64,000 bases of DNA, taken from Chloroflexota bacterium. GTDB taxonomy: Bacteria; Chloroflexota; Chloroflexia; Thermomicrobiales; UBA6265. This document shows positions 63,467 through 64,000 of this stretch, in pieces. The stretch is taken from the NCBI GenBank assembly GCA_023423795.1, contig JAFAEX010000309.1, positions 3,177 through 67,176 of the forward strand. The letters are read 5' to 3'. Numbering within the stretch: position 1 is the stretch's first letter; each line of letters opens with the position of its first letter. The position numbers were made by a program, and so were the translations under genes. The notes beneath the pieces are model-generated. The model was not told where the DNA came from, did no database searches, and was given only the letters and a program-made list of their open reading frames with translations.

Positions 63467-64000
63467 CTAGCGAAGCCCGAGCGCCGTCCACGGGTTCGGC
63501 ACCGGGTTCATCGGGATCTCGATCAGCGTCGGCTCGTGCGCCCGGATCGCCTCGCCGATCTCCCGTTCCAGCGCGGCCGGGCTTTCGGCGCGCCGGCCGG
63601 CGACGCCGAAGCTCTCGGCCAGCTTGCCGAAGTCCGGGTTGAGCAGGTCGGAGGCGATCGTCCGGCCGCCGAACGATTCGTGCTGGATGCGGCGGACGTT
63701 GCCGAAGGCGTTGTCGTTGAACACAAGCACGACGGCCGGGATCTGGTGGCGCACCATCGTCGAGAGTTCGTTCAGGCAGAAGCCGAAGCCGCCGTCGCCG
63801 TTGACCGACACCACCGGTACGTCGGGCCGGGCCACCTGCGCGCCGAGCGCGGTCGGGAAGCCGTAGCCGAGCGTCCCCTGGTAGCCCGGCGTCACCCACG
63901 TCCGCGGCTCGTAGATCGGGAGCGCGAGGTTCGACCAGTACCCGATCTGCGTCATCTCCGAAACGATGATGCCCTCGTCCGGCAGCGCCCGCCGGATCGC
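63467..64000 (-). CDS. thiamine-pyrophosphate-dependent enzyme (acetolactate-synthase-like), C-terminal part; N-terminus beyond right edge
   Basis: TPP-binding motif VSVNGDGGFGFCLNELSTMVRHQIPAVVLVFNDNAFGN. The frame stays open to the window end. Confidence 0.75.
   Translation of the reverse strand, partial: AIRRALPDEGIIVSEMTQIGYWSNLALPIYEPRTWVTPGYQGTLGYGFPTALGAQVARPDVPVVSVNGDGGFGFCLNELSTMVRHQIPAVVLVFNDNAFGNVRRIQHESFGGRTIASDLLNPDFGKLAESFGVAGRRAESPAALEREIGEAIRAHEPTLIEIPMNPVPNPWTALGLR

Overview
64-kb, very GC-rich bacterial chromosomal segment, roughly two-thirds G+C by eye, so long spurious antisense ORFs occur throughout the track. The gene content, including a secretin-less Tad locus, suggests a monoderm high-GC lineage (Chloroflexota/Thermomicrobia-like or Actinobacteria-like); this is inference only. 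I can support about 60 protein genes, one tRNA-Leu(CAA), a decayed integrase fragment, a REP-like palindromic repeat family at 4 loci, one AT-rich MITE-like inverted-repeat element and several strong hairpin terminators.

Left to right:
- DUF4258-like gene fragment at the window edge.
- Molybdenum-hydroxylase maturation set with no structural genes nearby: molybdopterin-binding protein, MocA-like cytidylyltransferase, XdhC split into two ORFs, CoxE-like VWA, CoxD/MoxR-like AAA+.
- Stand-alone DnaJ-type zinc-finger protein, pentapeptide-repeat protein and aldehyde dehydrogenase.
- tRNA-Leu with an integrase remnant, then Hyi-like TIM barrel, DUF192, PRC-barrel and DUF1002-like secreted proteins.
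- Complete Flp/Tad pilus locus (13.9-24.0 kb), followed by a LAL/LuxR STAND regulator.
- B12-radical-SAM enzyme plus membrane protein, then an alpha/beta hydrolase.
- TetR followed by menF-menD-menH-menB-menE.
- CheY-like receiver and FabF.
- Polyol/sugar operon: solute-binding protein, two permeases, small membrane protein, two different ATPases, TIM paralog, PfkB kinase.
- YggS, PgeF/YfiH and a membrane spermidine-synthase-like protein.
- Small Gly-rich secreted protein, a ~1.1-kb gene-less gap, and a Tat-exported 22-Cys protein.
- VWA, ChlI-like AAA+ and a minimal secretion-ATPase-like P-loop gene.
- Nuclease-like/HPRT-like fusion, cupin, Lpd, NUDIX and a partial TPP enzyme.

No CRISPR array, rRNA, reverse transcriptase, intact transposase or prophage was seen.

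Most noteworthy observations:
- The two ABC ATPases carry complementary motif degeneracies that predict one consensus and one dead ATP site.
- The Tad island next to tRNA-Leu has two prepilin peptidases and a giant CpaB-SH3b fusion.
- An AT-rich iteron-like inverted-repeat element sits in a 720-bp convergent gap.
- A PD-(D/E)xK-like/HPRT-like fusion protein.
- An AAA+/VWA/minimal-ATPase three-gene cluster.

None of these is proven to be a new system from sequence alone. Manually derived coordinates of non-CDS features may be off by 1-2 nt.
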